From the NCBI GenBank assembly GCA_013265495.1, contig MU057640.1, positions 2,071,405-2,135,404 of the forward strand: a DNA stretch of 64,000 nucleotides. Direction: 5' to 3'. The position numbers and the translations under genes are program-made. Of this stretch, positions 37,410-48,849 are shown piece by piece. Position 1 is the first letter of the stretch. Each line of letters begins with the position of its first letter. The notes beneath the pieces are model-generated. The model was given only the letters and a program-made list of their open reading frames with translations, ran no database searches and was not told the DNA's origin. The DNA comes from Vicugna vicugna (Eukaryota).

Positions 37410-38895
37410 TAGAGTAATGGTTTTCAAAGTGTGGTCCATAGGTCCCTGAGGGTCTGTGAGATCAAAACTATTTTTCCAATAATATTGAACTGTTGTTTGC
37501 CTTTTCGCTGTGTTGCTATCTGCACCAGGGGCTCAAAGCAATAACGGGTAAAATTCCTGGCACTTTAGCCCATGCCACGGTAGTGACCCCAAACTGGACT
37601 GAACTCTCTGTATTCTTCACCACTATGCACTTACAGTAACAGAGGTGCCAGTTTCACCTAAGAACATCCTTCGTAAAATGGTAAACATTACTAACTTAAT
37701 GACATTTTGACCCATGAGGTCACCTTTTTACATTCTGCGTGGTGAAATATGAAGTTCACATAAATCACATCTGATGCCCACGGAAGTACAAGGGTTGTCT
37801 GGAGGGAAAGCACATATGTAATTGTGTTCCTAGCAAACTAGCTGTTGTTTTTGTTTTTTGTTTTTTTTTTATCTTCTCCCCCATCAACCCCCATCCCACA
37901 CACCTTAACGGAGGTACTGGGGATTGAAACATGTGCTCTACCACTGAGGTATCCCCCCGCCACCAGCTGCTTTTTGTTTTTATAGGACACCATTTTTACT
38001 CAAGAGAATCTTTGTCCAGCAAACTATGGCTATTTGGCCTTGAGTATTCGGCAGATATATTCTCGAAAATAAAAGTGAGACTGTTAGTTCAAGGAAAACA
38101 ACTGACGGTGTTTGTTCTGAATGATAAAATTCAAACTTTGAAGGAAAAAGTAGGATTTTGGAAAACTTGAGTCTGTCATGAGCTTGACAGCCTGCCAATG
38201 CTTAAAAGATTTTTCTGATGAGTTTGGTAGGAATATTGAGTGTGACTATTTTATATCCTAAAGTGAAATGTGTCAACATGTAGAAGTTCTGCATAATTCA
38301 GTGGACTAATATTTTCCATATAACAATGAATAAAGTAACAAAAATCAAGCATTTAAAAATCCACTCCAAGCCCGAGATAGACCAATGGATTCTAATATAG
38401 CCTAGTATATAAAGTTCATGGATATGGTTTCAGATTCCACATTCCAACTAACCTTTAAGGAACTATAACTTATTGCATTTTGGCATAGTATCAAAAAAGA
38501 ATACCCACAATTATCTGAAAATCTATTAAAATAAGCCTCTCTCTTCCAACGACATATCTGTATGAGGCCAGATTTTCTTTGTATTTGTCAACCAAAACAA
38601 GATGTTGAAACAGACTGAACACAGAAGCAGATATGAGAACTTGGTTGCCTTTTATTAAGCCAGACGTTAAAGAGACGTGCAGAAATGTAAAATAATGACT
38701 CCCTTTTCATAGAATTTTTTGAAAATACGGTTATTTTTCATTAAAATATATTATTTATGTTTAAATTTTAAAGTTTATTATTGTTATTTTTAAATGAGTT
38801 AAATTGAAATTTTTGAGTTGTTTTTTTTTTTCTAATGCTATAGATAGAATGCACGTATGCACACAGGCACTCTGGAGGCTTCAATAATTTCTAGA
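37410..38895 (+). mobile_element. Charlie1-like hAT DNA transposon with degraded transposase
   Basis: 5' end 'ggttttcaaagtgtggtcc'; ORF 37931-38170 (LEYSADIFSKIKVRLLVQGKQLTVFVLNDKIQTLKEKVGFWK) resembles Charlie/Buster transposase. Confidence 0.8.
37848..37960 (-). mobile_element. tRNA-derived SINE inserted into the Charlie element
   Basis: Poly-T tail, 'ggaggtactggggattgaa...tgctctaccactgaggtatcccc'. Confidence 0.75.
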
Positions 38896-38913
38896 AGTAC
38901 TAGAGAATTTTAA

Positions 38914-38932
38914 TGACCACCAGATGGCGCTG
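38914..38932 (+). promoter_or_regulatory. CTCF-binding motif
   Basis: TGACCACCAGATGGCGCTG fits core CCASYAGRKGGCRS without mismatch. Confidence 0.65.
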
Positions 38933-40360
38933 GTGAGAATAAAAAGCAAATTTTGTCAGAAAATCCAAGTGGAATTTGCCACAGTGCGTTTTATGGTATG
39001 AGATTTCCTAATAGCAGTGTATTTGTGGACTCCATAGGAAAAAAGTGACAGACCCAGGACTTAATCAGTGCGTTTTCACAATCTAAATTAGTTAGGCAGA
39101 TTTATGCCAAGTAATATGTTGGACTTTTTTTTTTTTTTACTTCCTCTAACAAAAGCCAAGCTCATTCCTTGGAGAAGCTCCCTGCAGCCTCGGAAACTAA
39201 GCAGATTAAACTGAAAGAGCTCAGTCTTTTCCATTTTGTGTTGCTAATAAAATAACATTAATCTCTGGGGTTTAGGAGTGAAATTTAGGCAGATCCATTC
39301 CAGTAAGGACTGCATTGTAGTCCTCACAGCCTGCAGCTCCTTCCCACAGGAAGCCCTGAGTGGGGGAGGAGGTAATTAGGTTGGAAGTTACTGGGAGAGG
39401 GGGGATGGAGAGAAGGTCACCTTTGAGAGAGTTAGCTGGCCTCTGGATGACAACATAGTATAAATGTCTGGGCTTTGTGTAAGGAACTGTAAATGGGCGT
39501 TTGGAAAATTTGAAGCCAAATTTATTTTTCCTTCAAGAGCAGTCTCAGATAGCTGACAAAGGACAGAATTCTCTTCCAGAGGTTAAATGCTTATCGGCAA
39601 TGCTCTTTTAAAGGTCACCAATGAAAGGAACTAGAGTGTGAACTGGGGGCTGGCTTTCTGAACGGGTTTATGAGTTGCCAGAGAAGTGGGTGTAATGTGT
39701 ATCGCCCCTCCCTCCCCTCTAGGCTGGGGGTTTCTGGGAGGCCTCCTCTGATATTTATTCATTCATTCACTCGTTCAGAAACATCATTAGGGACCTACCA
39801 CCCATGCACTAGGCCCCATGCAGGGTGCTGGGGCTACATTCGAGCCTGAAATGGACATGGCTCCTACCCTCCGGGACTTGTTTGAAAAACAAAAAGTTAA
39901 TACTGAAGAAATCTGGACATCTTCATGCTACCATCCACCACAGGCTTTTAAAAATGTTTCATATCCACTAAGCTTATTCTCTAGTAAAATCATCAGTACA
40001 ACTGGCCGAGTTGAATGGAAGGTTTTCCACATGAAGATGCGGGTGGGCAGGATACTGCAGGGGGCTCAGAAACAGTAGGATGCTGTGTGGTCATGACTGC
40101 CCTTCCTCCTTCCCTTCTTCCCTCCCTTTCTGTCCTTCTTTCCACGATATTTATTGAGCATCTTCTAAGTGATAGGTGCTGAGGCAACAAAGCTGAACAG
40201 GACATTCTTGGTCTCTAACCTGGTGGCGCATACACGTATGAAAACAAAAACAAAAACATATTGACAGACTGTGGTCAGTGATGTGAAGGACAATGGGGGT
40301 GGGAACCAACTTTAGATTCAAATGGTCAGGGAAGGCCTCTCTGAGGAAATGGATTTAAGC

Positions 40361-40780
40361 CAAGATGTCTCAACCTCAGCGTCATTGATATTTTAGGCCA
40401 GACATATCTTTGTATTTTGTTTTTGTTTTTGTTTTTAAATTTTTTAAATTGAACTATAGTCAGTTTACAATGTTGTATCAATTTCGGATGTGTAGCATGG
40501 TGTTTCGGTCATATGTATACATTCGTGTGTTTGTTTTCATGTTCTTTTTATTATAGGTTACTACAGAATATTGAGTATAGTTCCCTGTGCTATGCAGAAT
40601 AATGCACTTCTTTATGATGGTGACTGTCCTGCATGTTGTGGAATGTTTGGCAGCGTCCCTGGTCTCTGCCCCCTAGATGCCAGTAGCACCCTCTGCCCCC
40701 ATTTGTGACAACCAAAGAATGACTCCAGACAGTGTCAAGTGTCCCTTGGGACCAAAATTACTCCGGACTGAGAACCACTG
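40361..40780 (-). mobile_element. MER20 DNA transposon split by an antisense L1 3' fragment (~40415-40600)
   Basis: 'tctcaacctcagcgtcattgatattttaggccaga' ... 'gatgccagtagcacc...tgtgacaaccaaagaatgactccagac...tgagaaccactg'. Confidence 0.8.
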
Positions 40781-43489
40781 ATTTTAGCTGAGAAAGATGA
40801 GGAGCCCATCAAGAGAGGATTGCACTGGGGGTCTTCTAGGCTGCAGAAAGGAATTTGGACTGTAGTCTAAGTAGAACGAAGTCAATGCTTTCAATCATGG
40901 TTGCCAACATCTATGAATTTGGCAAAGACCCTTCAGGCTGTGGAGCAGAGGGTGAATCAGTTGGAGAAACAAAGTCACAGCTGTCAGCAGAGGCCATTGC
41001 CCAGGCAGTGATGGCAGCCAGTCCTGGAGGTGAAGGAAAGGACAGGAATGGCTGCCATTTTTGAAGTAGAACCCCCAGGTCTTGCTGATGGATTTGATGC
41101 AGAGATGCCATCCCCAAGTGTACCCCACGGGGCCTCCTTTGCTCCCTGGAGAAGTGGCAGCATTTACTGGGCAGGAGTGGGGTGGGAGGGTGGGGGTGCG
41201 TCAAACTTCAAGCCTGACCAAGTCACTGCTGGTTAGGAGCTCTCATGAGAATACGTATTTGAGGCTAACATTTGGTTGGGACGATGTCTGGAAGTGAGTG
41301 TGCCAGGTTCAGGCTTCTCTGTCCCCTGTGATTCTGGCTAATGGTGAGCGTCTCTTAGGCACTGATTTCCACTCCTAAGCCTGGAAAGTCAGGAAAAGCA
41401 GAGCTGATTAATGCATGGAGGCTCATTGAGGCTGGATGCCCAAGTCTCACTTTCAACTCTCAAAGCCAGTGATGATGCAGTCAGCATCCCCAACTCAGTC
41501 CAGGAATCTTGTGTTCCTTAATCGGGAAAAATGGAAGCACGGTGACCTGGGAGCTCAGGCTGGGAGTCAGCAAGGCTGTTGTTTGAACGGCACCTGCCTG
41601 TGGGCCTCTTGTCTGAAGTCGGAGAGTGACGGACAGGCATTAGGGGAACAGGGCGCTGAGGCTGTTTGTGTGAAAAGCCTTAAGTGTTACCAGGGTAGTG
41701 GGGGAATAGCAGAACCAAATTCTGACAAAATACTAGGGGGCAACGAAGGCCTGTTTGTTAGTTTGTTTTTAATTGCATGGAACATGGTTGCCAGGATTTC
41801 AAATTGCCGTGCTTTAGGTATGTAATTAAGCGAGAGGGCTTGGTTGGCACCAGCGGGAATGCCAAGTTGTTGATGCTGCTTATAATCTTCTGATACTAAA
41901 ACGCAGGGGCTGAGTGTGTGTGTGTCCCTCCCCTCCTTGTATGGCATGCTTGTATGCTTTTCCCCTGGGCCTCCAAGCTCCACGTAAAAATGACCAGCCC
42001 CACCTCGTGTGTTCTGTTTAAGCGCCTGGATGAAGACCCCATCTAGGTCTCAGTCTGTCCTGTGGCAAATAATGAAGGGGTTTCTGGATCAGACACAAAG
42101 ATGGATCATTTTAGCCCAATCATGAGCCATCCCAGCCATTAAAAATGCCCCCGTGCAATTTCTTCTGCTGCTTAACATCACAGAGTTTTCGAGCTGAATG
42201 CGAACTTGGCAATGGTCTTCTCATTTTGTATATGAGAACTCTGAGGGCCAAGGTCGTGCAAGGACTTCCTCAAGGTGGCTCAGCTGATGGGTGGTCTCGG
42301 GAAATGCCCAGGCTGAAACCTGGGCCCAGGGTCCTGTCTGGCGCAGCCCTGACACCCCTCCTGTAGTTCTTAGCTGTCTCTTCTTCCCCAAACCCTGCGC
42401 CTGTCCCAACCTTCTCCAGTGTGAATTCCCACACTCTTGAAACGCTGTTATCCTCTCAAGCCTTTCTGCCAGAAGTATGGCAGCCCTGCCACGGATGCTT
42501 CATGGAGAGAGAAGAGGAAGTTCATAGCCCAGGTTCTGAAATGCTTTGTGAAATGGTAGGAGATAGTTCACTTTTCAAGTCACAAGGGAACCATTTCACC
42601 TTGGCAAAGGCGACTTACTTAGTGGACCGTAATGGCCTGGAAGAGTGCCTGCCCCTCCCCAAAGTGAGCAATTTCCTCCGTTCAGCTCTGCCGGCACAGG
42701 CCCATTACATCACAAAGACACTGTGTGTTTACCTGGCAATTACCTGGAGTGGGAGCCAGGCCTTTCAAGAGATCCTCTTTGATCCTTCCTAGCAATACCC
42801 TCAGATGTGCGGAGGGTGGGGACAGATAGAGGTCCTCTTCCAGGGGGATGAAAAGGAAGGCACACAGAGGGTCCTGAGAGTGACCAGAAGTCAGGACCGG
42901 GCCTCTGGACCTCCAGGCCACCCCTCCTGCATGCTACCTACTGGGACCTTGCTGCTAGTGCAGCAGAGAGAGGATTTGAAAGAGTCCCAGTTTCCCCTTC
43001 TGGGGCCCAGCCAGGGGAGGAGTTTTGTGGGTGCTCCTTGTTGCAGGTGGATAAAGGAGAAACAACTAAGGCTTTTGGGGATTGAAAAGCATTTGCACTC
43101 GTTAAAAGTGACCATGTCCTGGAGGTCTTGGATGGCCTGATTTCATGTATTCTGTCGTAGCCTCTTGGTGAGTTCATATAAGTACCAAAATGGATATTCT
43201 CATTTTTGGTTCTGAAGACAGAGACGTTATTCTTACATGGAAATGGATTTCTTCACCCTCTTCCTGGTATCTGACTTTGAACCACACAAAGAACAGAACC
43301 AACAGCCCCCAATCACACCAGCTAATCCTCAAGGGAGCCTGTGATGGGACTGAGCGGAGTAGGGGAGTGAGAAGTGTGAGTCTGGGTTTGGGAATCAGTT
43401 CTGGGTTCAAACCCCAGCTCTCAGCATCATCATTTCCAACATTTTATAGGTTCATCTCCTACTTCTTCTCCCTGCACTCCTGTTTCAGA

Positions 43490-43900
43490 GCATCAGCCTC
43501 CAAGTTGTCCCTCTGATCTTTGTGCCTGCCTCAGGGCCTTTGCACTTGTGCTTCCCTTTCTCTGAAATGCTCTTCCCTCAGAGATCCACATGCCCACACT
43601 CCTGCCTTCTTCAAGCCTTTGTTCAGTGTGATCAGGTGGTGGACTTTCATGGGCGCTCTCTCAAACTGCAACCCCCACCCCCACACCTTGGCTCCATCTC
43701 CTTCCTTGCTTTGTTTCTCCATAGGACTCATCACCCCCATCACATCCTACAATTCACTTACATTTCTTGTTTATTGTCTGTCTTCCCCCACTACAGTGTG
43801 AGCTCCACCAGGGCAGGGATTTTCATCAGCATTGCTCACTGCTAGATCCCCGGGGTCTAGAACAGTGTCTGGCTCTCGGTAAGAACTTAACCAATATAAC
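43490..43900 (+). mobile_element. L2 LINE 3' end
   Basis: 'gcctcagggcctttgcacttg...tgtgagctccaccagggcagggatttt...ctagaacagtgtctggc'. Confidence 0.75.
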
Positions 43901-45124
43901 TGGTTATATGAGCCTCTGTCCACCCTCTCTTAAAGGATGGAGTGAGAATTCAAGTGCCCAATGTGGATTGTTTAGTTTGCTCCTCCCCCAAATCCTATGG
44001 GGTATTCTTTTTATCTTCATCTTACAGAAGAAGAACCTGAGGCTTAGAGAAGCTGAGTCACCTCTCCAGGGTCACGCACAATTCAAGTCCGTATTTGTTT
44101 GGACTCAGCACCAGCACCCTTCACCATGACGACGTCCTGCACAGGTATGTGGCTGTGGCTCAGCCGGTGCTAATCTCCTTCTCCGATCACGAGTCACCCA
44201 GCGTGTGACCCTTGTGGCCTGCCTGCCCCACTTCTGTTGGGAGCCTGTCCCTCCCACCGGGACCTGGCATCTCGGAAGCCTCCCCTGTCCTTGGGAGGCA
44301 GCAGAGTGTATGTAGCCATGAGATGGTAGGTTTGTTCATTGGGAGACCTTGGTTCTGGCCCCTCCTTTGCCACTAACTTCCTGTGTGACCTTGGGCAATC
44401 ACGTCCCCTCCCAAGTCCCCGGATTCTACAGGTTTGATGAGGTCTCTCCGAGCTCTAACAGCCCCCAGGAGCGTGGGAGGACACCACAGGATGTGTGGTG
44501 TGTGACTCTTCATGGAGGATCCTGCCCACAGGCGGGCGTGGCCTTCATCCCATTCTCTTCAATAATACGGTCTGTCCTGTTTTGACAACTGCTGGCCTTT
44601 CCCCCTCACACCTCTTGAGCTTGAATTTCTGGCTCCTGGGTTTGAGTGGGAGGAAGGAGGAAGTGACATATCCAGTGATTTTCTAAGCACTTCTCTGTGG
44701 GTGAGACCAAGGGAAAGAAAAGGAAGGTTTGGAAGCCTGTCCCACCCACAGTCACTGCCTGGGACAGAGTCACTGCGGGACATGGCCTTCCCTCGGGGGG
44801 CTGACGGCAGGATATGCCCAGCCCCCTGCAGGCCCCGCAGAAGAGCTTGTAGACTGCTCGCGCAAGACTGCATCCACCCAACAGCTCCTTTCCGGTTTCC
44901 CACCACACCTCCTGCCAAAAGAAGCCCCAGGATCCCTGTCTCTGCCAACCCTAAAATGTCTCCTTTAGTTCCAGGTTCTAAACTGGGATTTCTTTCCCCT
45001 CCTTGTGAAATGGAGGTGAGATGGAGGTTGATAAAGCTGAGCTAGCCAGTGGCTTGGGATGCTTTCCTCACTTCATCCACTCATTCATTCATTCATTCAA
45101 TATTTAGGGATTCAAAGAGGAAAT

Positions 45125-45525
45125 TAGTCAGGCCCTGGCAAACTTCAGTTTGGCAACTGGTAATTTGAGGAGAGCTAATTAAAGAGACTTCAAAAGTGGA
45201 CAGAGTGTAGGAAAACAAAGGATGGTGTAGTACCCTGGAGCTAGTACCATCAGGAAGATATTATCAACCCTAGGCTGAAGGCATAAAAGGAGAGAAAATT
45301 CCCAGAAGGAGGGAGCCACGTGGAGAGGGCCCCCTGGCAGGAGCTGTCTGTGACCTTTGGTTGAAGGACTCATCTAGCTGGTGCAATGAAAACCTTGACC
45401 TCCCTCACTTCCTTCTGTTGGCTGATCCCCGTTGATGGAGTTGGGATGAGTCAGCCTCTTGGGGCTCCCAGCAGGGCAGAGAAGAGCAGAGTGGGGATTT
45501 GGAAGCACAAAGACTCCCTGCACAG
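45125..45525. mobile_element. ERVL LTR (LTR33/LTR41-like) within L2 remnants
   Basis: 'gtagtaccctggagctagtacc...accctaggctgaaggc' and 'cttctgttggctgatccc' motifs. Confidence 0.5.
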
Positions 45526-45529
45526 AAAT

Positions 45530-46930
45530 CAGACACAGCCTCTGTCCTCAAGGAGCTTGCGTATGAGAAGGGGAAACAGAAGTGCCAAAGTAATTTACAG
45601 TGTGATAAATGCTTTAGTAAAGACATGAACAAAGGACAAGAGGATCCCAGGGTTAGGAAATGAAATCTGCCAGGAAGGGTGTTAATGTGTGTGAAGGTTG
45701 GAGGAGGCTGGTTCCTGGAAAGGGGATGCAGAGGAGTTGCTTCTCAAGTGATGAGCAAGCTTCTTGGAGGAAGTAAGGTCTGAACGGAGACCTGAAATAT
45801 GAATAAGAATTAGCCAGAGAAGGAGAGAAAGAAAAGGAGTCCAGGCAGCGTGAAAAATATGCATAAAAGCTGGAGGCAGAAGGAGAGTGAAGTGCTCTTT
45901 GGGAAACTGTAAGTAATGTAATATGATAATGTAATGCGATAAAGTCATGTAACATAAGAGTATCGAGGGGGATGGTTGAGTGATGAAGCTGAATAGAGAA
46001 GCGCCCAGAGCATGAAGATTCCTTTTGCCAGACTAAGGAATTTGGGATTTTGTCTAAGGCCAGTGTTAAGTCCCTAACAGTTCTTAATCAGGGGAGTGAT
46101 ACATTATATTTATGTTTTAGAAAATTGCTTTGGTTGAAGAGGAGAGAGTGGATTAAAGGCAGAGAGATTGGAAAGAAGGTTGTTTTTGTAATTTAAGTGG
46201 GAGATGACAGTGGCCCAAAGTAGATGAAATAAGAAGTATTAAGAAGGTAAAACTTAGGGGGGAGGGTATAGCTCAGTGGTAGAGTGCATGCTTAGCATGC
46301 ACGAAGTGCTGGGTTCAATCCCCAGTACCTCTAATTAATTAAACAAACCCAGTTACCTCCCTCCCTGAGAAATAAACAAATAATAAAAAAAAAAAGGTAA
46401 AACTTGGTGGGATTTATGGATTGGATGTAAGAGGGAGGGAGAGTTTAGTCCTGAGGAGATGGTGATACAGTTCACCAAGATAAGGATCTTTGGAGAAGGA
46501 AGGACATGTGTGTGTGTGTGTGTGTGTGTTGGGGAAGATAGTATATCATGGTGAAGAAGATAGAGGGATTGATAAATAATCCAGTTTGGGGCATTCGAGG
46601 TGATGGCACCAGTAGGATGGCCAAATAGAACTTGGTGCTTTGAATGAGTTGTTCAGAAGAGATCTTGGTGGAAGCTATGGATCTGAGGAACTTCAGGATG
46701 CAAAGGATGATTGCAGTGGTGGAGTTCATGCGATCACCATGGACAGAGCTTAGCGTTAGGAGGAAAAAACACCAATGAACAGAGGGTAATAGACGTAGAG
46801 GAACTCACAAAGGAGATGAGGAAGGAGAACTAGGGGAGAGTGGGATCATGGAAGTCAAAGAGAATATTGAGTTCTAAGAGGAGGTAAGTGGAGAATTAAG
46901 TATGTTGACCATCACTGAGAGGTCCTGGGC
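45530..46930 (-). mobile_element. Degraded L2 LINE
   Basis: Purine-rich antisense L2 motifs ('gccagactaaggaatttgggattttgtctaaggc', 'caggggagtgatacatt...gttttagaaaa'). Confidence 0.6.
46256..46393 (+). mobile_element. Full-length tRNA-derived SINE (vic-1-like) with 12-bp TSD
   Basis: A box TAGCTCAGTGG, B box GGTTCAATCCC, A tail; AAGGTAAAACTT at 46244-46255 and 46394-46405. Confidence 0.92.
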
Positions 46931-47022
46931 ACAGGAGATAGTTAACAGTATGGTTGTTCTTTCTCCACCCGTGTCTTTCAATCAGATAGATAAGAAATAT
47001 TTCCTGAGCATCTATGGTATAG

Positions 47023-47388
47023 TCGTTATGGCTGAATTGTGTCCCTCCCCAAAGCTATGTTAGGGCCCTAACCCCTAGTACCTGAGAATAGGACTGTGTT
47101 TGGAGATAGGGCTTTTTAAGAGGTAATTCAGGTGGAATGAGGTCATATGGGTGGGCTCTAATTCAATAGGACTGATGTCCTTACAAGAAGAGGAGATTAA
47201 GACACAGACAGGCACAGAGAGAAGACCATGTGAGGATGAGAAGATGGCCGAGGCCTCCAGAAGAAACCAACCATGCCTATGCCTTCCTGTCCAATATCTA
47301 ACCTCCAGAACTATAAGAAAATCAATTTCTGTTGTTGAAGGCATCCAGTCTGTGGTCCTTGGTTATGGCAGCCCTAGAAAATTAATGT
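47023..47388 (+). mobile_element. MLT1A/B-like MaLR LTR
   Basis: 'gttatggctgaattgtgtccctcc...tttggagatagggc...ggttatggcagccctagaaaattaat'. Confidence 0.85.
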
Positions 47389-47809
47389 GGTGCTTTACAT
47401 AGGGATTAGAAAAAGCAAACAGCATGGACTAGGGCTCTCAAAGAACTTACGACTCTCTGAGGAAGAGAAGAAGCACATGGACTGGTAACTGGCCCTTCCA
47501 GCCAGTATGACTCAGGCGTGGGTAATCAGGTTGTGACTCAAACCTGCTGGAGTTTAGAGAAGCCAGCACTTGCTCTGGGTGGGGAAATCTGGGGTGGTTT
47601 CAAGGAGGAGGTGGGATTGAGCTCAGCCTTGAAGTGCGTGCAGGACTGAGGTTGGCAGGAAAAGGGGAAGGGAAGCCCCTGTGGGAGGATGGAGCTCACA
47701 AAGGGGTGGAGAGGAGGAAGTGGGAGGGAGATAGTGAGTAGTTCAGGCTGGCTGCAGGGGCAGCTCTTCCACTAGAATTGTGGAGGATGGGGCTCTAGAC
47801 AGAGACTAG

Positions 47810-48285
47810 CATGGCTATAGGTCCTCCTAAGATCTGTTCTTTCATCCACGCTGATCGAAGGTTTAGCCGAGCACATGGCTGCCTGGCCAGACACTTCCTT
47901 TGCCTTTAAGTGTCACCATGTCTAGGTTCTGGCCAGTAGAATGTGAGCAGAAGTGATGTGGCCAACCTCCCAATTGTATAATTGTCTAAAATAAGGAAAG
48001 AAGTGTATCCTCCCCTTTCACCCTTCTTTCCTTATCCCTGGCTGGATGTGCAGACACGTGGTGGTGGGAGTTGGAACAGCCATCTAAAACCACAAGATGG
48101 AAGCCTCGTGCTGAGAGTGGCAGGAGTAACAGAATAGACAGAGCCTGGATGCTGATGACACGTGGCCACTGTATCAGGCCTGGACTGCTCTTACTTGGGC
48201 TGTTATTTGAGAGAGAAATGCCTATGTTGTTTAATCCATTATTTTGTCTCTTATAGTAACAGACAAATGGATAGCTAACTAACAC
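47810..48285 (+). mobile_element. MLT1J/I-like MaLR LTR
   Basis: 'ggttctggccagtagaatgtgagcagaagtgatgtg' ... 'ctaactaacaca'. Confidence 0.65.
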
Positions 48286-48622
48286 AGGACAGGGCAGAAT
48301 GGCAGAGGAGACTCTAGTTTGTACTGTATACAGTGGTAACTACTAAAGTCTCTTGGATGAGAGGATGGAGATGGGGAAAAGAAACAAATATTTGCTGAGT
48401 GCTTACCGTGCACTAGGTCTCAGGTTTAGGTACGTGTTATGTGTTAGCATTATTATTTAATTCTCACAGTGGCTCTGTAAGGTAAATATTATAAACCCTG
48501 TGTTAATATCAAGGAAACTAAAGGTTCAGATAAGTTATGTCTCTTCATATGCTTCTCCAAACATCACATCACCAAGGGAAGCCAGTTAGTAGGTGACAGA
48601 GTCAGGATTTGAATCTAGGTCA

Positions 48623-48849
48623 CTGGGTCTTAACTGGAGGCAATTTTGTCCCCCTCTCCCTGCTCCCCGGGAGACGCTTGGCAAGCCTGAAGAAACTTTT
48701 GGTTGTCGCAGGTTAGGGGAGGGAGGGTGAGAATGTGCCACTGGATAATGGGAATGCTGCTAAACATGCAGAAATGCACAAGACAGCCCCTCCGCAGTAA
48801 AGAAATGTCTGGCCCCAAAAGTCAACAGTGCTGAGACGGACAAACCCTG
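48623..48849 (+). mobile_element. MER20 DNA transposon
   Basis: 'ggcaattttgtcccc...ttttggttgtcgca...atgctgctaaacat...ggccccaaaagtcaacagtgctgag...aaaccctg'. Confidence 0.8.

Noticed and set aside
40215..40232. Second CTCF-like motif (acctggtggcgc); similar at ~30725
   Set aside because: The 5' half of the core mismatches, and both lie in degraded repeats
46257..46330. tRNA gene-like sequences here and at 11652, 33888 and 53182
   Set aside because: A-rich tails, TSDs and multiple diverged copies show they are SINE heads, not tRNA genes
47508..47540. Paired AP-1 sites; also an ARE-like GTGACTCAGC at 52146
   Set aside because: Several such 7-mers are expected by chance in 64 kb, and there is no supporting cluster
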